Of a DNA stretch of 64,000 nucleotides, positions 1 to 12,189 are shown one piece after another. Both the position numbers and the translations under genes were made by a program. Within the stretch, counting starts at the first letter, position 1; every line of letters begins with the position of its first letter. The DNA is taken from NCBI RefSeq assembly GCF_963921235.1, contig NC_086097.1, positions 69,690,001 through 69,754,000 of the forward strand. The letters run 5' to 3'. This DNA comes from Mobula hypostoma (taxonomy: Eukaryota). A model generated the notes under the pieces. That model worked only from the letters and a program-made list of their open reading frames with translations, searched no databases and was not told the origin of the DNA.

Positions 1-336
1 TGGTTCCTATTACTGGACATCACTACAGGCGACCTCCACATTACAAGAGGGTTGTACTATCAGCAGAAGGTCTGTATCGTAATTTTCCATAATGCAAAGC
101 AGGACATCTGTGCTTTTGTCAAGAAACAGGAGCTAAAAAAAATTTATTTACATTTTTCCCTCACATAAATTCCATGATAGCAAATTTTATTCCATGCCTT
201 AAATTTTTGGGTAGTGAATTGTGCAAGAGCATATTTTCATAACCCAAAAAGCTATAATGCAGGGATCGCCTGCATTTGACATGGGTAGTTAAGTGATAGT
301 TAAGTCAATTACAATTAACTCAAAGCAAAAGGATAC

Positions 337-348
337 ATCCAACTCACA
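337..348 (-). CDS. AP4S1: AP4S1 12-nt microexon (CELD) followed by a U12-type intron
   Basis: Minus strand reads CTCTAATCCTCCCTCTTTTTTTTCTTTTGCAG|TGTGAGTTGGAT|GTATCCTTTT. It supplies the conserved sigma-adaptin V-[CS]-E-L-D motif in frame after ...YFSRV. Confidence 0.92.
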
Positions 349-1284
349 CTGCAAAAGAAAAAAAAGAGGGAGGATTAGAGGAGAAAACATAGAATTTTCT
401 TTTCTCTTGGTATTTCAACAAACCTACTGTAATTGGAATGGACACTGTGGGCTGTGCAGAACCTGCAGCATGAAGGAGCTGATTGTGGTATCATCATATC
501 ACCAAAATACACAAACTAATTTCATTACAAATTGAACTTCTTATCAATCACCACTTCTATTTACAGAGGAACTTTGATATAGTACAGCCAAATACATACA
601 GGAAGCAGCTCCAGAGCCAAAAAAAGATCAGAGGAATAGTAAAAAAAAAACCAATGGATTTCAAGGCTGTTTTTAAAGCTAGAAGAAAAAGTTGGACCAA
701 GTTTAAGAAGGGAATTCCAAAAGTACAGGACACATGACCTGTAGCTAACAGTAAAATCTAGGAAGTGGCTGCATTAGAATATCAGTTTGGGTGGGTTGTG
801 GGGGTTGGAGAATATTGAAATAAGATGTATTGCAAAATACAGGGATCGGCTAGCTTCTCAGGATAATGTTCTATCTAGCTCTAAGATAAGGAGTTAATTC
901 TTCAATTAGAGATTGTGTACTCTTGTAATGCACTACCGCAGAGCTATGGACATTCAAAAGTAGATCCACAGAGTGATGGACACAAAGGGGCAAGGGGACC
1001 ATGAAGGCAAGTGGAAGAGGCAAAAGTTCTTACTGATTGACAGAGAAGGTTCAGGAGTCTGGGGTAGAGATATATACCCCACATATGGGGTAGAGATGGC
1101 TGAGAGGATGTGTGGGTGGGGTGGTGCACTCCTCATACTTATCCTGAGCTGCTGTGTGTACCTGTCAAATGAACTTGAGAATCTTTGAGCCACTCCCAGT
1201 GTTCCTTCTCCACTTTGGGTAGTCACTGAGGATGCTGAACATTTTCACTGGGGCTTTGATTTTTATTTTTAAAAACATTTTAAT

Positions 1285-1553
1285 TTGAGATACAGCATGG
1301 AATAGGCACTTCCAGCCCTTTGAATAGCACCACCCAACAACCCATCAATTTAACCTTTACCCTAGCCTAATCACGGGACAATTTGCAATAGCAATTAACC
1401 TACTAACTGGTACGTCTTTGAAAATTTAGGAGGAAACCCACCTGCCCACAGGGGAAAAGAGTGTACAAATTTGCTTACAGAGGATGGCTGAATTGAATTC
1501 CGACTCCTAGCTGTAATAACGTCATGCTAACCGCTATGGCGCCGTGGTGCCCC
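1285..1553 (-). mobile_element. tRNA-derived SINE
   Basis: Minus-strand head GGCACCACGGCGCCATAGCGGTTAGC...GAATTCAATTC with A/B-box-like motifs; related copies at about 39297-39582, 57400-57622 and 6520-6812. Confidence 0.7.
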
Positions 1554-1635
1554 AGTAGCGGGTGAATCTGTTGAATTAATCTATTCCTCTGTCAGACAAG
1601 CTCAGAACAGAGAGTCTGGTGTCAACTGAGTCAGC

Positions 1636-4426
1636 CTCCCAGCTGAATCAGCAGAATGCAATTAGGGAGTCTCCCAGCTGAATCAGCAGAGTGCAATAGG
1701 GGGTCTCCCAGCTGAATCAGCAGAGTGCAAAAGGGGGTCTCCCAGCTGAATCAGCAGAGTGCAAAAGGGGGTCTCCCAGCTGAATCAGCAGAGTGCAATA
1801 GGGGGTCTCCCAGCTGAATCAGCAGAGTGCAATAGGGTGTCTCCCAGATGAATCAGCAGAAAGCAATAGGGTGTCTCCCAACTGAATCAGCAGAGTGCAA
1901 TAGGGGGTCTCCCAGCTGAATCAGCAGAGTGCAATAGGGGGTCTCCCAGCTGAATCAGCAGAGTGCAAAAGGGGTCTCCCAGCTGAATCAGCAGAGTGCA
2001 ATAGGGGGTCTCCCAGCTGAATCAGCAGAGTGTAATAGGGGGTCTCCCAGCTGAGTGAGCGGAGTGTAATAGGGGGTCTCCCAACTGAATCAGCAGAATG
2101 CAGTCGGGGCTCTCCCAGCTGAATCAGCAGAGTGTAATAGGGGGTCTCCCAGTTGAATCAGCAGAAAGCAATAGGGTGTCTCCCAACTGAATCAGCAGAG
2201 TGCAATAGGGTGTCTCCCAGCTGAATCAGCAGAGTGCAATAGGGTGTCTCCCAGCTGAATCAGCAGAGTGCAATAGGGGGTCTCCCAGCTGAATCAGCAG
2301 AGTGCAAAAGGGGGTCTCCCAGCTGAATCAGCAGAGTGCAATAGGGGGTCTCCCAGCTGAATCAGCAGAGTGCAACAGGGGGTCTCCTAGCTGAATCAGC
2401 AGAGTGCAACAGGGGGTCTCCCAGCTGAATCAGCAGAGTGCAACAGGGGGTCTCCCAGCTGAATCAGCAGAGTGCAAAAGCGGGTCTCCCAGCTGAATCA
2501 GCAGAGTGCAATAGAGGGTCTCCCAGCTGAATCAGCAGAGTGCAAAAGGGGGTCTCCCAGCTGAATCAGCAGAGTGCAATTGGGGGTCTCCCAGCTGAAT
2601 CAGCAGAGTGCAGTCGGGGGTCTCCCAGCTGAATCAGCAGAGTGTAATAGGGGGTCTCCCAGCTGAGTCAGCGGAGTATAATAGGGGGTCTCCCAACTGA
2701 ATCAGCAGAATGCAGTCGGGGCTCTCCCAGCTGAATCAGCAGAGTGTAATAGGGGGTCTCCCAGTTGAATCAGCAGAAAGCAATAGGGTGTCTCCCAACT
2801 GAATCAGCAGAGTGCAATAGGGTGTCTCCCAGCTGAATCAGCAGAGTGCAATAGGGTGTCTCCCAGCTGAATCAGCAGAGTGCAATAGGGGGTCTCCCAG
2901 CTGAATCAGCAGAGTGCAATAGGGGGTCTCCCAGCTGAATCAGCAGAGTGCAATAGGGGGTCTCCCAGCTGAATCAGCAGAGTGCAATAGGGGGTCTCCC
3001 AGCTGAATCAGCAGAGTGCAATAGGGGGTCTCCCAGCTGAATCAGCAGAGTGCAATAGGGGGTCTCCCAGCTGAATCAGCGGAGTGCAATAGGGGGTCTC
3101 CCAGCTGAATCAGCAGAGTGCAATAGGGGTGTCTCCCAGCTGAATCAGCAGAATGCAATTAGGGGGTCTCCCAGCTGAGTCAGCGGAGTGTAATAGGGGG
3201 TCTCCCAGCTGAATCAGCAGAGTGCAATAGGGGGTCTTCCAGCTGAATCAGCAGAGTGCAATAGGGGGTCTCCCAGCTGAATCAGCAGAATGCAATAGGG
3301 GGTCTCCCAGCTGAGTCAGCGGAGTGTAATAGGGGGTCTCCCAACTGAATCAGCAGAATGCAGTCGGGGCTCTCCCAGCTGAATCAGCAGAGTGTAATAG
3401 GGGGTCTCCCAGCTGATTCAGCAGAGTGTAATAGGGGGTCTCCCAGCTGATTCAGCGGAGTGTAATAGGGCATCTCCCAGCTGATTCAGCGGAGTGTAAT
3501 AGGGGGTCTCCCAACTGAATCAGCAGAATGCAATCGGGGGTCTCCCAACTGAATCAGCAGAGTGCAATAGGGGGTCTCCCAGCTGAATCAGCAGAATGCA
3601 ATAGGGGGTCTCCCAGCTGAGTCAGCGGAGTGTAATAGGGGGTCTCCCAGCTGATTCAGCAGAGTGTAATGGGGGTCTCCCAGCTGATTCAGCAGAGTGT
3701 AATAGGGCATCTCCCAGCTGATTCAGCGGAGTGTAATAGGGGGTCTCCCAACTGAATCAGCAGAATGCAATCGGGGGTCTCCCAACTGAATCAGCAGAGT
3801 GTAATAGGGGGTCTCCCAGCTGAATCAGCTGAGTGCAATAGGGGGTCTCCCAGCTGAATCAGCAGAGTGTAATAGGGGGTCTCCCAGCTGATTCAGCGGA
3901 GTGTAATAGGGGGTCTCCCAGCTGATTCAGCGGAGTGTAATAGGGCGTCTCCCAGCTGATTCAGCGGAGTGTAATAGGGGGTCTCCCAACTGAATCAGCA
4001 GAATGCAATCGGGGGTCTCCCAACTGAATCAGCAGAGTGTAATAGGGGGTCTCCCAGCTGAATCAGCAGAGTGCAATAGGGGGTCTCCCAGCTGAATCAG
4101 CAGAGTGCAATAGGGGGTCTCCCAGCTGAATCAGCAGAGTGCAATAGGGAGTCTCCCAGCTGAATCAGCAGAGTGCAATAGGGGGTCTCCCAGCTGAATC
4201 AGCAGAGTGCAATAGGGGGTCTCCCAGCTGAATCAGCAGAGTACAATAGGGGGTCTCTCAGCTGAATCTGCAGAGTGCAATAGGGGGTCTCCCAGCTGAA
4301 TCAGCAGGGTGTAATAGGGGGCCTCCCAGCTGAATCAGCAGAGTGCAATAGGGGGCCTCCCAGCTGAATCAGCAGAGTGTAATAGGGGGTCTCCCAAATG
4401 AGTCAGCAGAATGCAATAGGGAGTCT
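1636..4426. repeat. Minisatellite, 34-bp unit CTCCCAGCTGAATCAGCAGAGTGCAATAGGGGGT, about 82 copies, in the AP4S1 intron upstream of the microexon
   Basis: Direct tandem repetition with point variants and no spacers. Confidence 0.97.
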
Positions 4427-5335
4427 TGACTTGGGAGAGGATGCTGATGTTCTACTGCTCAGTCTTCCAGTGTGTTTGGAGGAGTTTCTGAAGGCAGTGT
4501 TGGTTGTAGGCTGTCCAAGTCTACTGTCATAGTTCTGGTTCGGGTATGAGACATGATATATACTTTCTGACTTTGGACAATTTGAAGTTGATAAACATTG
4601 ACAGCATTGACTGGTTTTACAGAGTAAAACACTTTGTAGTGATTACATTTTCTTAAACAGAGCTGTTGCTGAAAATTATGAAGCTTTCTGAGGTGGCAAA
4701 ACAACTTTTGACTTGAGCATATGCTGCACATGAGGTGATTGAGCAAGTGCCATACTGTTGTGGCAAGTGCACAAGATGTTTCGGACTGAAGTTTCGTCCG
4801 AAAGGAATGCTAATACCTACTCTCCTTTCTTTAAGAGTACATAAACATATTGATGTCAAGATAGTGTTTATCTTGAAACAAAAGAATGAATTTTTCAAAC
4901 CATTTATACTTAAGTTGTATGGCATTATTGTTCATGGCATTTTTTACTTTGATTACCTTATTCTGACTACAGTGACTGGCATTAATCATTAAGTTTCTCT
5001 CTAAAATAACAGAATATCAATAAATGGAATCAAAGTGAGCACAAGAATGAAAATGAACAAGTTAATCAAGGTTATCCAGCTGGTACCCAAAATCATTGGC
5101 AAGGTACTTCAACATGAATTGCTTTCCCACTAAATGCCTGTTGAATTCCTCTTAAGGCTATTGTTGTTATTGTTTTCTTGGTAATATACACAGGCTAATG
5201 CCATGGCCTGATTTGTGTCTCTTCATATTCCTTATATGACTCTATGAACTGTGCTGGTATACCACCGGGGAACAAGTACAATTGTCCAGTAAGTATTTCT
5301 TTTGCAGTGATTAACAGTGTTCTTTAATGACTCAC

Positions 5336-5404
5336 CACTCTGCTGAAATATTTGTCCAAAACTTCAACAAAATTATGTATAAGTTCATACACTGCCAGTT
5401 CATT
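5336..5404 (-). CDS. AP4S1: AP4S1 coding exon 3 (69 nt)
   Basis: [23 protein letters not shown]; acceptor TTTTTCAG, donor GTG|GTGAGT. Confidence 0.96.
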
Positions 5405-8400
5405 CTGAAAAACAAAATTAGTTGATTTCATTAATTGTTTTTCAGTGTTGTTCATAATTTGGGTGGCTGCCTTTCATGTGGGAGTGAAGAAATGACATGA
5501 ACAGTTCGGATGAAAATCAAAAACTCCAGAACAAAGTAAAAAAAATTGCCATTATCAGAAATTTTAAATAATAACAAAACAATTGCTGGAAATGCATGTT
5601 AGGTGGCATTTGGGGGGGGGAGAGGGGCACGAGAGTGGGGGCGATGGGGAGAGGGAGAGATAAATTTTCAGATAGGTGACATTTTATTTGAAATTTGAAC
5701 CATTTGGATGAAAAGTTGCCAACCAAAATCATTATCTTTGCTTCCGTGAAGCTTCAGCATTTTCTGTTTTTTGTTCAAATACAGGATTATCAGACAGATT
5801 AAAAAGATAAGGATTGAAATAAATAGATGTTGCTTGCACGAATAATAATTGGAATGGGTTTGTCTTCCGTCATTTTAAATTTACTCTCAATGTCAATGTT
5901 ACTGACATGACTGCCATTTCGCACGATCTAACTGTCATGCTTGAGAGTCATCTTCAGCAGCGGCAGCCATCTGATAAGGCTCCTGGAGAACACAGCTCTA
6001 ATTTTTCTAATGGTCTTCAAAAAGAATTATCATTAACATTGGTATGGTAATGAATTCAAATACAAGTCAGATACTCTAAGTATGGTAAACGCTTTAGGAT
6101 ATTAGAATTTTTTGAGATTTTACAGCAATATAACAACTTATTGTTATACCAGGTTTTACAAATTATTTTATAGATAAATTTAAAGACCCCAACAGCCAAG
6201 GATTCCCATTCTCTAAGTGAATAACCTCAAAATGATAACAGGGTGTTTATAAGCAAAATTTACCGATGATAAAGACTTATTGATTATGGAAAACCCATGG
6301 CAGATTGCATGAGGTGTCTAAGAGTGAGTTTTATGGACTAAGCAGTTCGTACAGCAAATGCAATTCAATGCATGAATCGGTTTGATGGTCTTTGACAGTT
6401 CCTGAGCATTAGAAAACCCCCAAATGTAAATCTAACAAAGGAATTCCACCCTGCCAGAATCAGCTGCAGTCACAGAGATGGAAAGTCTCAAATGTTCACC
6501 ATTAAACTATCAGTGAGCTATAGAGATACAGCTCAGCAAATGGCCCTTTAGCACACAGAATCCAATTCAATCATCAACCACCATTTAATTAATTCACATC
6601 ATTTTCCCCACATTCTCATGAACTTCCCCATATTCTACCACTCACCTACAAACTAGGGGCAATTTACTTATTACTGGGGGGCAAATTAACCTATCAACCC
6701 ACACGTCTTGTAATCTGAGAGGAAAGCTGAGCACCAAGAGTAAATCTACATGGTCACAGAGAGAATGTACAAACTCCACAAAGGCAGCTTCAGAGGCGGT
6801 GACTGAAGCCAGGACTGAATGATGGTGGGGAAAGGATGCACAATTATTCCAAATGTACTTACTATGGCCGCAGACTGGATTAACAGTTCACCAAGTTACT
6901 TTAACAGGACCACTAAGCCATGATCCAAAATGAGCTGGACCACACAGTCCATGTCGCCCTTACAGCTCACAGGCTTGCAATGTTACACATAGCACTGACT
7001 GGAGAGAATACAAAAGGAAGTCTCTCTTTCACTCTGAAAATAAACTAGTTAAAAAAAAAAACAAAAATGCCACTGAAAGAGCAGCCTGAGTGGTAATTAT
7101 TAATGAGAAGTCCAGGCGCACCTTGGCTCAAAATGAACGACACGAGATGTACAAGTTACAACAGCCAAAGTTTCACCCATATTCTGGGTTGCCTATCCAA
7201 TAAGATTTCTGCTCAGAAGACTGGCCTTTGCCTCCCAAATGCGAGTATCCTCCCACAGGAGAGACACAAAAGATTGCGGATGCTGGAATCTGGAGCATCT
7301 CAGTGGACTGGGTAGCATCACTGGAAGGGAAAAGAACTGCTGAAGCTTTGCACTGAAACCCTGCATCAGGACTGAGAATTGAGAGGAAAGGAAGCTGGGG
7401 GGGGGTGGGTACAAGTGGAGACGGAGGCTGGGACATGAGGAGCACAAAGGCTACAGGTGCTAGATTCCGATAAGTAAGAAAGGTGACAATAGGAACCATT
7501 CTAATGAGAAAGGCAGATGGACCCAAATGGAGGAGGGGATCCAGTAGATGACGTGTGGGGGTATTGGTGTATGGAGGCAGGAAAGGGAGGCGGATATTGA
7601 AAAATGAATTTTTCTGGCTGCAGGTCCAATGTGCATGAATTGAGTTTTAAGACTCAAAGGGGCGACAGACCTGGTGAATTGAGGTTTTCCTCAGGCACCA
7701 ATCAATTGATTTATGCCCATTCTAACTTCTAATATGCTTAAAGGGGGCCCTTGGATGTCATGATGTTGGCAAAATGAAAAAAGGAAAATATTGGGTTCTC
7801 ATAATTTAATTATCAATTAGTAGAAAACTGTACAAATTTAAGCAATTGTGCATGTTTGTTAAAATACTGCTTGGGTTGCTAATGACGAAAAGGGATTGAG
7901 TACATCTATTTACATAACATAATTGTGGGCAGACTTGGCTGAGTGCAATGAGAAGATGTCATCTTCCACAGCAGTGTGAATGGACAGAACCACATAGTGG
8001 GAAAATGGTTCATCATTCTAAGAATGAAGAAAAGCAAACTAAAAGATTTTGTCTTGGAAAGAAAAGTTAAGGGGCTGTGTGACAGCTTTTCTGCTGAAAT
8101 AATCAACAGAATACTGGGAAGAAGAGAGAAAATCTTGATTAAGCTTAAGTAGGAAGGCTTAAAGAAATTTCAGGTTGTTCACAACTAATAACGATACCAA
8201 TGGATGTTTGCTCTTCAGTGGTAGAAAGGTAACAATTACAGCTTATAACATGAAACTCAGAGAGTTTCATTATGCTGTCTTCAAAATTAGGCTTAATGTC
8301 TCACACAGTCATTGAGAATGTTTGCACAAAAATCACAGCACAAATTGTACAGGTATCACCCAAAGCCTTCACCATTGAGGTGGGGCTGCACATGTACGAT

Positions 8401-8645
8401 GACATGCCAATTTGGTAAAGATTACACACATCAAATAGTTCAGGATGCTGAAATATTAATTAATATCGTAGGTATAAGAAATAATGTTGCAATTTTTACT
8501 CACCTTCCTCCATTATATACTGTAAACTGAGGTGTGGGGTTGTATATTGAAAAATACAGCATATAGAAGATAAAGAAAACACAGCCCAAAAAATTATTGA
8601 TGTTCAACACATATTGATTCAGTACAAATGGCAAATACTGTTTAC

Positions 8646-8732
8646 CTCTGAGTCATCGATCCCAATTACAACGAAGAGTGCAGCATACTGACGATAAACG
8701 AGCTTAAAATCCTTATACTCAACAAAGGAACA
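8646..8732 (-). CDS. AP4S1: AP4S1 coding exon 2 (87 nt)
   Basis: [29 protein letters not shown]; acceptor CTCCAG, donor GAG|GTAAA; phase 0 at both ends. Confidence 0.96.
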
Positions 8733-9251
8733 CTGGAGGGAAGACCGAAAGCATCTTTAGAAATTTCATGGCCTTAAATGGTCACATTAATTTTTTAAAT
8801 GTAAAAACCTTTTAAAGTGATGTCGCTGAAGTGTTTTCTTCCCCTCTTTAGTTAATTGGAGTCACACATTACATCCTAATCTCAACAGCTGGACCACAAT
8901 GTGAAATATTCTATTGAAGTGGACAGTCAGGAAGCTGCAGGGTTTTCCAGCTTCGTGAACGCCTTTTCCATTTTTAGCACTCCACCAAATTATTCACATT
9001 TTGTTAAGGAGTGTTTGACTCTTCCCCTACATCTAAATTTTCCTACCATCTTTGTCCTTTATAAGGAATGCTTCTCACCAATTCTGCCCTGCAAACCCAG
9101 GATGATGCATCTGGCTGTTATAACTTGCTAAACAATAAACTCCAATCCAACGTTGCCCTTTTGTAGCTGTACTATATAAGATACGTCAATGTAGTACAGA
9201 CATAAGCAATTATATAGATTCAGTAACTAAATAAAAGTGTTAACCTTTTAC

Positions 9252-9389
9252 CTGGTCCTTTGTGCGTGATAGGCATTTTTTAATTACATCTGCTTCCAAC
9301 AATGTCCTCTTCTGGATTTCCACAGGTTCATAATACCTACAGAGTCTTACTTGCCCTTGTCTGTTCATCAAGAGGAAGAACTTAATCAT
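9252..9389 (-). CDS. AP4S1: AP-4 complex subunit sigma-1, first coding exon (138 nt; the exon starts at about 9449 including 5' UTR)
   Basis: Translates [46 protein letters not shown], the AP4 sigma N-terminus. Donor CAG|GTAAAA at 9252/9251; pyrimidine tract and acceptor TTTTCAG at 9450-9451. Confidence 0.96.
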
Positions 9390-11537
9390 TTTGTAAATCT
9401 CAAAAGAAAGCCAAATAAGTGCTCCTTTTATTTTCCTTTCATAGTATTTCTGAAAACACAACAAAAAAAAAGATAATTAAATTTATCTTTGGATGCAGAA
9501 CAATTCTCGGCTTTGTAAATAAATCAGATTTTCCTTATGTAGTTAAAACAGGTATGTTTAAATACCATAATTTTAATGTTTATTGCTAAAACCATACAAT
9601 CATTTACAGTAACATTCACACAGTTCCTACTGACGTGCACTGTAAGTGTGGAAAATTTGATTCATGCTCTCATCAGAGAGCAGATGAGTTCACCACGGGT
9701 CCAACAGATGCAAATTGTGTTTGGTTTTCAGTGGCAGCTCTTCAACGATAAAGATACACTTTAATTGCAGTGTCTGCTTTTGTGAGGTCAGAAAACAACT
9801 TTGCAGAGCCTAAAGAAATGATAATTTTAACCAAGTACAACAATGTGATGGACTGTCAATTTTTAATACCATGATGGAATGATCAGATTCATACTGAATT
9901 CAGAGTTGGGGTAGGCCAGTGAACGGCAAGAGGTCTGAAAATGAAAAAAAAATTCTCATGTGCCTTCTATTACAACAGGAAGAGTAGTAGGAATAACAAT
10001 GAAACAGACATGATTATCTGTTTTATTTAATACCAGAAAGCATTAGTGGCATCTTCTGCCCTTGCCATAAGATCAGCAAGTGCAGAAAATGCCACTAATG
10101 AAAACTGAAAAAATACTCCTGCTGCATGATGTAGCTGTCAAAAGAAATACAATCTAACAAGAGCATGCTGATTACTTTGCAAGAACAAAATAATAGAAAA
10201 ATGAATTCTCAATACCTTCTCCAGCATTACTGTGCAGTACTATGAAATGAGTTAGCTGTGGACAGGTGGTTTGTTTTATACATAGCACAAACAATTTTCA
10301 AAACTGCATTTCAATAGTTACAATGTTTAAATAGCTCTTTAAATTAAGTATTTGCTTTCATTACCCTTAGGGTGGGAGTGCTTCATGGGAGGCCTGGTTG
10401 CAGTCAAAGGATGGGATGGTACAGTTGGGCGGTGACTTATCATCTTGTGTTCTGGTGGTGGTAGGGTAGCAGGAGCGGGGTGTTAATGGTGGGGATTAAT
10501 AGAAATTCATGACCTGGAGTTGGGAGGATCAAGGAGATTGGGAAGTTAGCAAACAAAAATTCATAGTTAAGAATAATCTTAGCAGAAGTTGGGGCCAAGC
10601 TGAGGTCACTGTACCATGGTGGGGGGGAAGACAAAATGTAAGAAGATGTATCTTAAGACTAGTCCAGTGTAGGGAATGGAAAGTACAAACTAATTTGGTG
10701 AGCGTGTAATATGAAATGCATATGAAATCCCAAGTACAACTTGTGCCGGGAAATGCCCAGTCACATTGCTGGAATAAATTGGAAATTGTCATTATTACAA
10801 TGCACCCTGGGGATAGCTCAGTGTTGAAGTGTACAGAGGAGTGAAAGCGAAATTCCATGCCGATATTCCCAAAGTAAATTAGGAAAGAAAGTACTCATGA
10901 AGTAGGATGTGTACTCTGGGTAGCTCTCAGTGGTTACAATACAGAACCATATTCATGCTTAACTATCTTTCTGGTTAACTGGATACTATCTGTCAGCAAA
11001 TGAAAGTGCAACCCATAAAGACGTAAACAGCTGCGTCAGTAGTTTCTGGTTACAGTGACCTCCACACCAGTAATTCCACAGCTGCATTCCACCCTAATTC
11101 TGCAGATACTATAAATACCTTGTTATCACGAGATAACATGACAGGAAACCCCATTCACAATTCAAAGCAAGAATAAATCTCCTCAAACAAAAACGGAAAG
11201 AAATTTAACTTAACTCTTAAATTCTTAAACTACAATCTGCTGAAGATGTAACCAATTAAAATAGATATGCCTTGTACCTCCCACCCACTCTCCAGCCCAA
11301 CCCTTCTCATTACTAAATTGCTCGCTGAACTGTGTTCAGTTAAGTCATACTCAGCAGTAGCTGTCAGTCACAGTGGCTTTGGAAGTCTGTAGCTAGTCTT
11401 GGCATTGTTGAATTAGATATAACGGCTATTTCCTTAACGTTATTTACCGACCGCTAGAGTTTACATTACCTTAATGATTAGTAAGGCCCAAAAAATAAGT
11501 TCTTGCACTTAGATAGCACCACTCACAATCAGCCCTT

Positions 11538-11558
11538 CACACACACACACACACACAC
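11538..11558. repeat. (CA)n microsatellite
   Basis: Seen directly. Confidence 0.95.
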
Positions 11559-12189
11559 AAACTGAAATAAGATCCACAAATAAGAGCTAAAAGATCGGTT
11601 AATTTATTTTTCATCTGTTGATAGAAGATCAGCCGCATATTGTGGGCCTAATGACCTATCTAGTGCTCTGTAGTTCTACGTTCGGTCAATCATTCATTCT
11701 TTTCACACCTCCAACTACAAATATCTTCCAACAGGTAACTTTTGCACTCTGCAGACTCATTTTGTCTATGAAACCTATCTATTACTGTCAAAACACCCTC
11801 TCTGCAGTTTCCGTATTCTTGCTTTCAAACTCCTATCATATTTCTTCCTCAAAATAACAGTGATCATTGGAAAATGATAGAAGAACCAGACCTCTTGTCC
11901 TCTCTCTGGTACAAGGTATCGTTTAGATTATATGCTCTCGCAACGGGCCCAGTTAAACACCCCACAGACAAACTTAGCGTCTTATTACAGGGGATAATTG
12001 AATGTTCAAAGACTAAGTATCGTAAGAAATCCCTTTGAATCCCTTTCCATTTCATTGGTAGCGCCCTTGAATAAACTATCATAGAATCCAAACAAAAATG
12101 TAATTCGCAAATCAGGGTTGAAAAACGTCTAATTTTCAAAACTTAAAAAAAGACTTGTTATTAGGACTAAAGCTGTGCCCACTTCTGGT

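Noticed and set aside
1..326. Final AP4S1 exon (IMFNL...)
   Set aside because: No matching codons or U12 branch/acceptor seen here; it presumably lies outside the window.
1636..4426. CRISPR-like array (34-bp partly palindromic repeats)
   Set aside because: Units are contiguous with no unique spacers, there are no cas genes, and the context is a eukaryotic intron.
5611..5656. G-quadruplex-forming G-run cluster
   Set aside because: The motif is real, but such runs are common and nothing here supports a function.
9240..9464. 74-aa ORF as a complete protein or N-terminal extension
   Set aside because: It runs across the splice acceptor and donor; only 9252-9389 matches AP4S1.
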